A stretch of 64,000 bases of DNA from Sporopachydermia quercuum (Eukaryota). The notes beneath the pieces were generated by a model. It made no database searches. It saw only the letters and a program-made list of their open reading frames with translations, and had not been told where the DNA came from. Where the stretch lies: NCBI GenBank assembly GCA_001599295.1, contig BCGN01000003.1, forward strand, positions 1,364,001 through 1,428,000, written 5' to 3'. The stretch's first letter is position 1. Each line of letters opens with the position of its first letter. Positions 44,464 to 55,782 of the stretch are shown in pieces. The translations under genes and the position numbers were made by a program.

Positions 44464-45012
44464 TTTGTACTAATTTATTTTTAAGAACCAACGGAGGATT
44501 ATCAGCAACTACTACTAATCAACAAAACTGACTCAACTAACTGTATATTAAGCTACTACATAAAAATTACAAGTTTCTATTAACTATGCACGTCAAATAG
44601 CACGAAAAGTACCTTGTGGTTAGAAATCACACATTAATAAACTATTCTCTCTCTTCACTACTTATCTTAGTTTATACTTCATTTCCAATAATTGCTATCC
44701 TTATTCTTATTCCTGATCATCTAATCATAAATCTCATAAATTTCGACATATCTCTCAATTTGGAAACCTACTTCTTAAACAATTGCTTTTTCCCTATTAT
44801 AGTAAGCTCTACCTTATTTGTCATTACAATCTGCTACTCAACTCTGTTAGNAGTAATATACACAAGCTAATCATGATTTATCCACTCAATGGCTATTCAC
44901 GCGCTGCTGTAATCATTGGCTACCAGCAATAGCTAGCGCGAACTACTAATCACCACTTCAATTGTAATTAATCCATCCTTCTGTTAGCAAGTCTGAATCT
45001 ATCCTACTAGCC

Positions 45013-46284
45013 ATGAGCAAAAAAGATAAACCCCCTGTGCTTCTATGCGCGTCATTCAACCAAGATCAAGAATCATTCGCAGTAGGCCATGAGCATGGAT
45101 ATCGCATTTACAATTCAGATCCAATGAATCTGAGAATCAGAAGAAACTTCTCAGAAGGCGGAATTGGAATTATTCAAATGCTTTATATGACCAATTATCT
45201 TGTCTTAGTTGGTGGGGGTAGAAATCCTAAATTCCCGGAGAATAAAGTAATTGTTTGGGACGATCATAAGATGAAACAAGCACTATCATTAGAATTCCTT
45301 ACTCCTGTATTAAATGTATTACTATCAAGAACACGACTTATTGTTGTGCTGAAATCAAAAATTCATGTTTATACATTTTCTTCTCCTATTGTCAGGCTGG
45401 CTACATATGATACTTGTGATAACATCCATGGTTTAGCTGTGCTATCAACATTCAATGCACCTCACAAGACCAATGATTCAGACCAAGTAAGCAAATCACA
45501 GATTTTAGCATTTCCCGCTCGTACTGAGGGTCAGATTCAACTAGTTGATATTTCTCCTTCAGGACAGGAAAGAAATTTGATTTCTATTCTAAAAGCTCAT
45601 AAGTCACCCATAAGATGTCTGGCATTGAACAAAACGGGTACTTTACTAGCAACAGCAAGTGAAACAGGAACAATCATCAGGATTCATTCAACTAAAACAA
45701 CAGCTTTATTGTATGAATTCCGGAGAGGTTTGGATAAAGCAGTTATTTTCTCAATGGCTTTCAGTCCTTCTGGGAACCGTTTGGCTGTTGTATCAGATAA
45801 AGGTACCCTTCATGTGTTTAATGTTAATTTGGGGAAACCAAATGAGGAAGACGCTGGATTGAATAGAACTCATATGCTAGGAAAACTACCTTTTCTACCT
45901 AGGTATTTTGCTAGTACTTGGAGTTTTTGTTCAATTCACGTTGATGATACCAGTGGTGAAATGGAAACAAGTCCAGTTGAAGGTAGAATTCCTACTCAGG
46001 GAGTATTGGCATGGAGCTCAGAAGACTCTGTTCTATTAATATGGGTGGCAGAAGGTAAATGGGAAAAGTACGTTATTGTAGAAAAACAGCAAAAGAGTAT
46101 TAGCTCTACTACCAATACAACAACGGCTCTAGGATCAAGTGGATCACGTGAAGCCTTAGGAATGACACCAGTACATACTAGAACCTCATCATTAGGATCT
46201 AATGAGTCAATAGAGCATGAGACCAAATGGGAACTTGTCCGAGAAGGTTGGAGAAGCTTCAATGATTTAATGTATGATAAATAG
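45013..46284 (+). CDS. HSV2: PROPPIN phosphoinositide-binding WD40 protein, Hsv2 type
   Basis: FNQDQ, LVGGGRNPKFPENKVIVWDD, ATASETGTIIRI, FRRG motif, PRYFASTWSFCS. Convergent with PET54-like, as in S. cerevisiae. Confidence 0.88.
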   Translation: MSKKDKPPVLLCASFNQDQESFAVGHEHGYRIYNSDPMNLRIRRNFSEGGIGIIQMLYMTNYLVLVGGGRNPKFPENKVIVWDDHKMKQALSLEFLTPVLNVLLSRTRLIVVLKSKIHVYTFSSPIVRLATYDTCDNIHGLAVLSTFNAPHKTNDSDQVSKSQILAFPARTEGQIQLVDISPSGQERNLISILKAHKSPIRCLALNKTGTLLATASETGTIIRIHSTKTTALLYEFRRGLDKAVIFSMAFSPSGNRLAVVSDKGTLHVFNVNLGKPNEEDAGLNRTHMLGKLPFLPRYFASTWSFCSIHVDDTSGEMETSPVEGRIPTQGVLAWSSEDSVLLIWVAEGKWEKYVIVEKQQKSISSTTNTTTALGSSGSREALGMTPVHTRTSSLGSNESIEHETKWELVREGWRSFNDLMYDK

Positions 46285-46941
46285 TTAATGAAGTAGGTAG
46301 TAGAAGGACTGGTACAAGAATAGAGATTATAGTAAGAGTAGCAATAAGGATTATGGTGGTATTTTCTTTTTCTTATTTGGTTTATTTTGTTTCTTATAGT
46401 AGCATGGCAATATTGGGATGGTAATAAAGAATATTATACGATAGTCTTAGTATCAGTAAGGAAATGAGAACTGTAGTTGATTTATGAGATTAAAGGTAGC
46501 GCAGATGTTTGATACTAATTTTTTTGCTATATTATTGCTATATACAAGAGATAGGAGATATAAGGTGTCTCTATATTGCTTTTCATTTTTTATCTCCAAT
46601 TTTATATTAAGAAATACAAGATTCGTCAGGAATCCATTTGTAGCGTATAGAGCACAGTAAAGATAGAGATAAAGTAGCATGTTGATATACTAAGCTAGGT
46701 CAGAAACCAGGTACTGCATAATGCAAGCACAAATAGAATGCTTGAATGCCCGAATAATAGGCCGATGGTTGAACGCCAGAAATACCACAGTTTAGTTAGA
46801 ATTACTGTTCTCAAAGATACTGTGCATCCATTCTACCTGCAATACATGATGGGGTCAGCGTCTATGCTTTCCTTCGTTCTTTAACCTACCACCTAAGAAC
46901 CATCCATCAAATAATAGTAACCGAATGCCATTACATGTTTA

Positions 46942-47973
46942 CTAATCTAACACTTCACACACCAGGACTCTACCCGATTCACCAAAAGTACTGCCGTTAT
47001 ATTGTCGAACAAATCTCCAAGCGTGTCTTCTATCAGTAAACTGGAAAACTGAAACTGAAATGAAATTCTTTCTATCAGCATACACTTCTAAAATTGCTTG
47101 TGATTCATCATCAATAAAATCATACGTCCATAGGTCATTTATTAGGTCGTTTACTCTCAATCCCAATGGTAAACCTTTAACTAGAACACATTGGTTTCTG
47201 GGAACCGTTAAATTCACTTTCAATTCATTTGCTTCTACTTCCGCGTCTGATGCAAATTTAAAGGATATCAGCTCTCCATTAATAGCAGTTCCTTGTGTTT
47301 CCAACATAAATACCGCAGCTTCTTCTTCTGATGGAAAAGTAAGAAAGTATTTATTCAATGGCATAAGTGTTGATGGATCTCTTGCTCGCCGGAGTTCAAA
47401 TTTCACACCTTTTGTAATATTGGTTATGTACTTTCTCAGGCCAGGCAATGGGTATATTTTCAGAAAATCCGATGCCACACAACGAGTATGAATGTAAACT
47501 TTTAGAGTAGAAGTAACTATTTCAGTAGTAGATAGGAGCTTTATTGCTTCTGTCCCTGGTAGAAGTCCTGAAACATCTGTTAATGTGTCAGGCTCTGCTG
47601 CTTCATCTGATGTATAGTTTTCTTCTGAGAAAACTGATTCTAGTAAATGTTTATTATTATTTGTCCCAATATCATTGAAGTAATCTCTATCGTTTATGCC
47701 GTCCTCTGGAGCCGAATTCCTCGTTATCTTCTGTATAGTTGACTCAGGGTCAAGAGATCTATATTGAGATGGTTCTTGACGGTCTGAGACTCTCCTTTTC
47801 ATCAACAATTCTTCTGGTGATTCTGGGAACAAAGTTCTCATGAAATGGTTCAAATTTGAGATTTTGGTAAGCTTTTTCCCGGGTGCGACCGTTGTATTAT
47901 GTCTTATAAATCGTGTTGATTGGCTCAAGCATTTGAGTCCGTTCAACGGTTTATACTTTAGGCGTGACAGCAT
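46942..47973 (-). CDS. PET54: Pet54-like mitochondrial RRM-like RNA-binding protein
   Basis: Presequence-like N-terminus. DFLKIYP...FELRRARDPSTLMPLNKYFLTF...ING and LWTYDF...FVRQYNG resemble recalled Pet54 blocks. Synteny with HSV2 supports the call. Confidence 0.65.
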   Translation of the reverse strand: MLSRLKYKPLNGLKCLSQSTRFIRHNTTVAPGKKLTKISNLNHFMRTLFPESPEELLMKRRVSDRQEPSQYRSLDPESTIQKITRNSAPEDGINDRDYFNDIGTNNNKHLLESVFSEENYTSDEAAEPDTLTDVSGLLPGTEAIKLLSTTEIVTSTLKVYIHTRCVASDFLKIYPLPGLRKYITNITKGVKFELRRARDPSTLMPLNKYFLTFPSEEEAAVFMLETQGTAINGELISFKFASDAEVEANELKVNLTVPRNQCVLVKGLPLGLRVNDLINDLWTYDFIDDESQAILEVYADRKNFISVSVFQFTDRRHAWRFVRQYNGSTFGESGRVLVCEVLD

Positions 47974-48206
47974 TGTGGGAAAGACTTGGGCAAATTACTG
48001 AATGATCTAGTCAGTAGGTATCGCACGAACATCAATTAAACACCGATGAATAATAATAGTACTACTTGATAAAGCCCAGAAGCAAAGGAATCCATTTCTC
48101 TGGTCATTACCAAACAATCATAGATTAGTTCATAGATTAGTTGAATTTCAAAAGTGGTTAGCAGTTGTTTATAAGGAAAAAAATATACCAACTGAAAAGG
48201 GATCTT

Positions 48207-48236
48207 TCACGTGATTAAAAGCTGAAGTGCGATGAG
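48207..48236. promoter_or_regulatory. E-box TCACGTGA plus PAC-like GCGATGAG upstream of the PET54-like gene
   Basis: TCACGTGA at 48207-48214 and GCGATGAG at 48229-48236. Confidence 0.4.
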
Positions 48237-50386
48237 ATGTGATCTTAACGTAAGGAGATGGTAATTATGGTATTTAGGGAACAAGTATGGAGAGAAAGGG
48301 AAAAGATAATGATTAATGGGAGTGAATGACTGGCTTACTTAGCAAATTTGTTCAGAAACAAAGAAGAGTAGTAGAATTCTAGTAATAGTTTGAGAAATAT
48401 AAATGTACAGCTTAAAGAGAAACATCAATAATTGAAGAAATATGCATCATCATGCGTAGTCATGCGTGAATCTCTAGAGAAAAGATCAATGTATTGTATT
48501 GATTACTTCTGTTATATCTTTTAAGACAAATTTAATATATATAGGGAATAGTACTATCTATAGAATCTGAAATGGTGACTACATCGCTGTTTTAAATAAG
48601 TTCTGGTCGTCGTGAGTAAACCAATATTGTTGTTTCGTAGATCTCCGTTCAGTTCAGTCCTCACTGAAACGAATGCACTTTAAATGGAACTGTTTCACTT
48701 GTACTGCTGAAATTTCCCTTATAAGACAGGTATTAACGTATTCACCAAATGCTTGAATTTCAGAACAACTAGTAACATTTGTCTCAGGCGCTCGCCATTG
48801 CTTTCGATACAGAAAGCCAACCCCAACTTGGCCAATGGCACGGTCACTATATTCTCTGTTCTACTGTCAGTACTACGACTATGGCTATGACTTGATATCG
48901 GACAGCAGTTTATTGATTTCTTTCCAATAATTAAATTTTATATGCTAAAAATNCACGTTTCCATAATTCACTATTGTATTAGGTTCTTTGTGCTGAGACA
49001 TGCATTGAATTCATTTTCATCAATCTTCAAATAAGAACGGAACCAGCCTGAAAATGTCACTTGCAAAGAAGAATATATAAACCTTATCTCACGTGTCCCT
49101 GCATTCAATAAATCCGAGAGATGAGATGGATCGGTACCAGCAATGAGGAAGAAGNTCAAAGGAAGTCAATTTGGCCTGAACAAATAAAAATGAAATTCCC
49201 AAACATTACACCCTAATATGTCAATTTGTTTTGTTTAATTCATCTATAGTTAAATATAATTATTTGTTCTACGAACTGTTCAGTCATACAAAAGGTATTT
49301 TCCATGGGCTTGTATATAATTGGAGTCTTTACTGATTATATAAGCAAGAAAGAGAGGGGTGACATTTCGTCATGAACATCTGTTATTTTCAGGAACAAAG
49401 TTGTAGGTTACTGTTCTTATTTTTACAGAATGTTTTTTGATGGAAACACAACAATTTATACTTAATAATACTAATATAATCCATTTCAACCATCATACTG
49501 AATTTTCTAACTACTTTACAAGTTTTCTCGTCTAAGACCTCCATGAAAACTCCAAGATCTCCTGCTTTGATTNTAAGTGTAGCCTCACCATACAATCAAA
49601 GAACATGACATACCATGACTCTCTCTTTCTCGCTACTTATCTTCAAAACCAGTCCAGGAGCCCAAGCAAAAATGCACCTTACTACTCCCAAACTAACTTA
49701 ATTGTTTTTGCTCAGCGACAACTAAATATCTTAGGGCTNTGTAACCAATATTCAAGCTTTCTTTCTCCAGTATTCTATACGTTCCCCAATTCCTCTTTGG
49801 CTACTTCTGGTCTTCTGATGGCTCTTCCTTCATTTTATCTGCATGACATGCATAATTCCTGTTATCCCCATTATTCCAACTAAGACAAAACCCTGACAAG
49901 TAACCCCAACTCGTTTCTGTGTGTACTGGAACCAAGCATACACATTATTGTACTACCAATTATTATATGGAATCCTCATAACAGATATATCTATTCCTAT
50001 CAATTATAGATAAATAGTATTGTCAACATCTACAGATTATATACTGATAATTAGTTAATTGTTATTTTCTATCGGTATTTCTTGATATTTTCTTATTCAC
50101 GGTGAAGTCGTCTTCAATGTTATATGACATATAATTGCTAGTCTTGCTTAATTTTACATTGACAGAGCGACAGGTAGACCTTGTAACCTTGTAATGGGAA
50201 TAATATGAAGTAGAAAGAAAAAAAAGAGAAAAGATAGACTGTTTGAGAGCAATCAAATGTCAAACAAATAAGGAATATAATAGAGAGACAAGTGAACAAA
50301 GCTAGCTATCCAGAATTGGTAAAGATAATCCGGCGAACAGAAAGAAGAGGTATTTAATTATCTTGATAATCTTCACCCTGTATACG

Positions 50387-50705
50387 GTAAGTAACCCTGA
50401 CAGGAGCAGAGGTAATTGCACAGTAGCTGATAATCGTTATTGGTGATTCTGTTGTTGAGATCTACGTCTTCTGCGAGCTCAAGATTTATCGCCAGCAGAT
50501 TTTCATTTTTGTTATTTATATTTTTGGTATTCAGTTATTGAATCCTCAAGTGCATCTCCTGCCTCTTATCTAATTGCTGTTGTGTTGATTACTCATATTT
50601 GCACTGGAGCCTTGATAGCTGTTTTGGACATATTTATTAGCAGTTGCAATATTTTGGTAATAGCAGGAAGCTCTTTGGTGTCCTATTTCTAGCTAATAAT
50701 TCTAG
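50387..50705 (+). other. Candidate 5'-UTR intron of CDC25 (319 nt)
   Basis: GTAAGT at 50387, U-rich body, GCTAAT at 50692-50697, TAG ending at 50705. ATG lies 122 nt downstream with an in-frame stop between. Confidence 0.5.
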
Positions 50706-50827
50706 GCTGGTTCCCTTTAGCACCTTTTCAACCATTTAAGTGAACTTCCTTACGAACCAGAAGCTTAATTAACTAAGAGGCCGAGCGGTATACACAACGC
50801 TCCCAATTTTTATAACTATCGATCACC

Positions 50828-53800
50828 ATGGACCCTTTGGACCCATTGGATCCTGGAGATCCTCTAGCTAGGCCCATTTCAGCAGAAATAAACAAAATAT
50901 CAACAAATACTAGTAACGCCAATAGTGCTGCATTGGCATCACATTCACCGCCAGCTTCGCCTTTATCCCCCCGATCAACAGGTGCCGGCACGGGATTCAA
51001 TATTGGTTTATCACAGCTTCACAATGACATCTCATCACCATTATCAGGCTCCCCTGACGCTCTAAGGCCTAGGAACTTTTCAAAACTATATCCTTTATCA
51101 TCATCTCTCACTTCTGATACATATCTGCGTTCGCCTACTATACCTGCCCATCGGGAACCAAGCGTATCTACATCATTTCCACCAGGTGGAGCAGGATCAA
51201 CAGGATTGCCGCCACCTGCACATTTATACCATGATTTNGTGAGAGCGATAGCAGACTACGAAACATATGAACCTGGATTCTTATCGTTCAAAGCGAATGA
51301 TGTAATTGGAGTAATGAATAAAACAGCTTCCGGCTGGTGGGATGGGATACTCTATATGCCAAGCGATGATCCTCATCCTCATAGTTCACCTATAGCGTTA
51401 TCAAGGGGCTGGTTCCCTTCTAACTTCACCAAGACAGAATCTGCGTATCAATACTCTCTAAACAGCAATAATTATATGCCTTCAAGATCCTTATCGCCAG
51501 CTCCAGGTCATATGTCATCATTCAGGCATCAACTGCAGCATAAAGCAAGCTCCCTAATGTCCTTTCAGTCAGATGAAGGTGACAGTCTGGGTTCATCGTT
51601 ACCGGTGTCTAGAAAAGGCTCAGCTGTGTCATATGTTTCCTCTGATAGCTCCTGCGCTCATAAACCACTTGAAGGGGTTTCTCCAACAATACATCCAAGC
51701 AATCAAAGCTTAGCTGATTCTACTATGAGCCCCTTAGAGAGGACAGAGTCTCCTGATATTAAGCATGTTGCTGCTGATCCTTCTGATCCAATAGTAGCTT
51801 CTGAATCCGCTTATCCGGTGAACTCCACTCTATCAACCGTCCCGGATAACATTAGATTCACTATCCCAGACGAACCATGTCCTGCAAGACTGTGGTTTCC
51901 TCAAACAACATCGGACGGCCGCCTAGTATTCTGCGAACCAATAAGCAATAAGTATTCCGTTCAATTGCCCTTTGAAAAACCTATCGAAGGCGAAGAAGGC
52001 TTTGACGACAGCCAAGAACTAACCATCCCGAAATCCAACGAAGTCCCTACTGAAGTCGCATCCTATGCTGAAGAAAACACCAAAGAACTGTTCCCTTTTG
52101 ATAGCAAGTTCACGAATCTGCTATTGAAGCCAAAGCGATCGGGATTTTTGAAAGAGAAGATATTTGCTCCTCAAAGCTCATTTCGTCTTTCAGCCGCAAA
52201 ACCACAAGTGTATGAATATTTCCTAACCCGCGCAACTGACTTGCGTACATGGGATCAACTATTAAATGCCACAGAAGCAGTGATCCATGATCTATTAGGA
52301 GCTATGAAGGATAACAAGGTACGGAAGTTTCAATATAAACTACGATCGTTATGCCGAATATCTACAGTATTGCATTTGGACTCCAGATTGACATTGTCAC
52401 AGTTTGAACAAGAACGTTTCAATGAAAATGCGACTTCAGCTGAGAAAGTCGAATTCCAAGCTAAACGCAACGAAATAAGGCTGCTTTTAAGAAATCTGAT
52501 NGACGTGTTATCGCAGTTAAGTATAAATGGTGATTTATATTTCAGTTTAGTGGGAAAGCAGAAAGCTGGTGGTTTGGTGCAGGCAGTTAAGGAGGCAAGC
52601 TATGATGGTGGTGATACGACAAGAACGTCTCCTACTGATATTGGAGATACTAGTACTAATATTAGTATAGTTAGTACTGCCGGTACTGCAGATAGCACTA
52701 TTACTGCCAAAACTACTGTTGATGACAATAAAAACAATCAAGCAATATTGGATGATGAAGATCCTTTGAATCCTTTACCTTCACGTATACCATCTAATAG
52801 TTCGAGCCCTCGGAAGCCTGCAAGCAATATCCCTGGTGACAAATCGTCTGTTGGCTTGAACCAAGTGGAAGATCCCCTGACAGCCCATGAATATTTCCTG
52901 CACTGCCAAGCAGAGTCAAATGTCTTTATTGATGCTGTGAAAGCTTTCCACACTTATTTCTCTGGCAAATCAGAATCAGTGTCCTCTGCTGCTTCAACAC
53001 AAGGATACCTTCCCGTCAGCTATCCACGTTTTATTAAAAACAAACTATCAGCAGCCAATTGGCGGAATATCTTATTGAAAGACCAAGTAGACGCCGACTC
53101 GGTTGAACCATCAGAACTAGTACTGGACGGTCAATTAGTGTCAGTTGTTGATCGCCAGAAAAGCCTTATCCAAGGAATCCTGCAGCAGGTTATTCATGTT
53201 TTGGAGTTTTCAGGAAACAATCGATCAGATGCTGAAAGTGTTTTAAGCAGTTTGAACGTGAAGCAGCAGTCTCAGGAAGAAAAACATGTGAATATTATCA
53301 ATTCTGTTCATGGAATGTTAAATGCAATGTCTGGTCTACTTAATATCATTGAAAACATTGATTTCTCGGACTTCAGATCGTCTCATTCGGCAACTGGGTT
53401 ATTTAATAATGATAATATGAACGTGGGTGCGAATAGTGATGGAAATGATGCTATGAACTCTCCTAATAGTCCTGACAGTCATTTAAATGAATTCGAGAAC
53501 GAAATGCATCATTCTTTGCTGTACTTTTCATATCCTATAGTACTTGATTTCTTTGATTGCAAGCAGGCTTTATACGATTGCGTGGCTGAATTAATCATTT
53601 GTGCTCAAGCTATCACTCTTGACGATCCGCGAGTATTCAGGAATATTGTTGAGTTTGAATCGGATCCTTACGATGATGAGGAAACCGGGCTTCGTATTCT
53701 TGATGATTCTAGTGGTGGTGAAGGATCCGCTCCTCCTGATGCTGGCCCTGGGGGCGGTGCTTCTTCTGTCTCTTCTGCCACAGACTCAGTATCTGGGTCG

Positions 53801-55696
53801 ATAAGAGAATTTGACCAGAAGTCCTCATCGAAAGAAACTGAAGAAAAATTGACTTTAGGCCTGCAATCAATGATTATCACAGAGCGGGAAAACGCTTATT
53901 TGGATTTAGACCATGTACTGCTTGAGACAGTTTACAGATTGGAGAACCAAGTGCATTTCTTGCTGAATCTACTGCAACAATTGGTTGATGAAAGAGAAAC
54001 GCTGGTGAATTTTGCCTCTAGAATAATGAACGGTGATTATAGTAAAAATATGGAAAATATGAAACAACAGCAAAGGGAATATGGAGATGATGATGACTAT
54101 GACGATGATGATGATGATGATGATAATGTTCTTGTTAGTGGTGTTGATAATGACAGTACCAATGTTCAAGGAATTAATGTTACGGTTGATTATAATGCAG
54201 ATACTGATACTTCCAGCATTCTAGACAGTCGTGGTAAAGCCCGAAAGATTAAACAAGGAGTTGTTCCAAATACAGGAATCATAACTGACAACCAANCAGA
54301 AATTGATAGTAATCGGGCCAGCGGATCAATAGGAAGTCCTAAACAACTATCGAACGTTCCATGGTTCCTTACTGCTGACTATGAAGATGAACTGGTATTC
54401 TCATCTAGAGGAAGTATTAGAGGAGGCACGAAGCTAGCATTAATAGAACGACTGACCCATCATGAGTTTCTGGACTCGGGATTCAACTCTACGTTCTTAT
54501 TAACGTTCCGGTCAATGTTTCAGCCGTTAGAATTCTCAGAAATCCTTGCTAAACGATTCACGATCCAACCTCCAGAGGGTTTATCATATAGTGAATATAC
54601 CGTATGGGTTGAAAAGAAACAGAAGTACATTCGTTTGAGAGTAGTGAACATTCTGAAAACATGGTTAGAGTCGTTCTGGTCGCCTACGTACGAAGAAGAA
54701 GATCCAGACACTAGCTTATTAAACTCCATTCATGAATTTGCTAGTCAATTGATGAACCAGAAGCATCTGGCAGCAGATAAGCTATTACATATAACAGAAC
54801 AAAGAATTCAAGGCAAGGAACCATCTAGAAAATGGACATACCCAACGTTAAATCTGGATCAAGCATTACCACCTATTTTACCCAGGAATCTAAAGAAATT
54901 CAAAGTGATGGATATCGATTCGTTGGAATTAGTACGACAGCTGACAGTGAGGGAATCGAAGCTATTTTGTCGTATCACCTTCTTCGAGTGCCTGAAACGA
55001 GTCGGCGGCAGCAAATATGGTGCTACTAAACCAAGTGTTAATCATATTGCCGAGTTTATCTCGAATTCTAATAAATTGACTAATTGGGTGTCATATATGG
55101 TGCTTAAAAGAGCAGATATCAAGAAACGAGTGCTTGTTTTCAAGTATTTCGTATCAGTTGCAGAGAAATGCCGCCATTATAATAATTTCTCCTCTATGAC
55201 TGCTATTATTTCAGCATTATATTCAAGTACTATTCATCGGTTAAAGAAAACATGGGCACTATTACCAGAAAGAACTCTTGTTGCATTAGAGAATATGAAT
55301 AAGCTAATGAACTCCAACAGGAACTTCAATGAATACAGAGATATGATGAGACTGGTAACAGCCCCATGTGTACCATTTTTTGGAGTTTATCTTACTGATT
55401 TGACGTTTGTTGAGAACGGGAATCCTGATTATGTGCAAGGAGACTCTAATATGATCAATTTCAGTAAAAGGGTAAAGATAGCAGACATTATAAGAGAAAT
55501 CCAGCAGTATCAGGCTTTACCATATGTATTTCATGAGGTGAATGAATTGCAGGGTTTTCTTGATGAAGGATTTAATTCGGCTCCATCTATAGATGATCAG
55601 TATCAATTATCTTTAGCAATGGAGCCTAGAGAGATGGCTACTGGGTCAGGTTTACAGCATGATTTGACTGGGAAGTCTGTTAGGCAAATTCGATGA
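50828..55696 (+). CDS. CDC25: Ras guanine-nucleotide exchange factor (SH3, REM, RasGEF), 1622 aa
   Basis: SH3 (VRAIADY...SGWWDG...RGWFPSNF), REM (RGGTKLALIERLT, FLLTFRSM) and GEF domain (NNFSSMTAIISAL, PCVPFFGVYLTDLTFVENGN, INFSKR). Confidence 0.95.
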   Translation: MDPLDPLDPGDPLARPISAEINKISTNTSNANSAALASHSPPASPLSPRSTGAGTGFNIGLSQLHNDISSPLSGSPDALRPRNFSKLYPLSSSLTSDTYLRSPTIPAHREPSVSTSFPPGGAGSTGLPPPAHLYHDXVRAIADYETYEPGFLSFKANDVIGVMNKTASGWWDGILYMPSDDPHPHSSPIALSRGWFPSNFTKTESAYQYSLNSNNYMPSRSLSPAPGHMSSFRHQLQHKASSLMSFQSDEGDSLGSSLPVSRKGSAVSYVSSDSSCAHKPLEGVSPTIHPSNQSLADSTMSPLERTESPDIKHVAADPSDPIVASESAYPVNSTLSTVPDNIRFTIPDEPCPARLWFPQTTSDGRLVFCEPISNKYSVQLPFEKPIEGEEGFDDSQELTIPKSNEVPTEVASYAEENTKELFPFDSKFTNLLLKPKRSGFLKEKIFAPQSSFRLSAAKPQVYEYFLTRATDLRTWDQLLNATEAVIHDLLGAMKDNKVRKFQYKLRSLCRISTVLHLDSRLTLSQFEQERFNENATSAEKVEFQAKRNEIRLLLRNLXDVLSQLSINGDLYFSLVGKQKAGGLVQAVKEASYDGGDTTRTSPTDIGDTSTNISIVSTAGTADSTITAKTTVDDNKNNQAILDDEDPLNPLPSRIPSNSSSPRKPASNIPGDKSSVGLNQVEDPLTAHEYFLHCQAESNVFIDAVKAFHTYFSGKSESVSSAASTQGYLPVSYPRFIKNKLSAANWRNILLKDQVDADSVEPSELVLDGQLVSVVDRQKSLIQGILQQVIHVLEFSGNNRSDAESVLSSLNVKQQSQEEKHVNIINSVHGMLNAMSGLLNIIENIDFSDFRSSHSATGLFNNDNMNVGANSDGNDAMNSPNSPDSHLNEFENEMHHSLLYFSYPIVLDFFDCKQALYDCVAELIICAQAITLDDPRVFRNIVEFESDPYDDEETGLRILDDSSGGEGSAPPDAGPGGGASSVSSATDSVSGSIREFDQKSSSKETEEKLTLGLQSMIITERENAYLDLDHVLLETVYRLENQVHFLLNLLQQLVDERETLVNFASRIMNGDYSKNMENMKQQQREYGDDDDYDDDDDDDDNVLVSGVDNDSTNVQGINVTVDYNADTDTSSILDSRGKARKIKQGVVPNTGIITDNQXEIDSNRASGSIGSPKQLSNVPWFLTADYEDELVFSSRGSIRGGTKLALIERLTHHEFLDSGFNSTFLLTFRSMFQPLEFSEILAKRFTIQPPEGLSYSEYTVWVEKKQKYIRLRVVNILKTWLESFWSPTYEEEDPDTSLLNSIHEFASQLMNQKHLAADKLLHITEQRIQGKEPSRKWTYPTLNLDQALPPILPRNLKKFKVMDIDSLELVRQLTVRESKLFCRITFFECLKRVGGSKYGATKPSVNHIAEFISNSNKLTNWVSYMVLKRADIKKRVLVFKYFVSVAEKCRHYNNFSSMTAIISALYSSTIHRLKKTWALLPERTLVALENMNKLMNSNRNFNEYRDMMRLVTAPCVPFFGVYLTDLTFVENGNPDYVQGDSNMINFSKRVKIADIIREIQQYQALPYVFHEVNELQGFLDEGFNSAPSIDDQYQLSLAMEPREMATGSGLQHDLTGKSVRQIR

Positions 55697-55710
55697 TAGG
55701 TTAGGACTAA

Positions 55711-55782
55711 GAATAGGACCAGGAATGAGAATGAGAATGGGAATAGGAATAGGAAAGGGAATATGAATGGGAATGTGATGGG
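55711..55782 (+). repeat. Degenerate hexamer microsatellite (GAATRR)n just after the CDC25 stop
   Basis: gaatga gaatga gaatgg gaatag gaatag gaaagg gaatat gaatgg gaatgt. Confidence 0.7.

Noticed and set aside
48119..48142. 12-bp tandem duplication CATAGATTAGTT x2
   Set aside because: Isolated slippage-type duplication with no sign of an associated element or array.
48971..50256. Short ORFs in the PET54-CDC25 intergenic region as small genes or transposon remnants
   Set aside because: No recognisable domains, LTRs, terminal inverted repeats or splice-linked exons.
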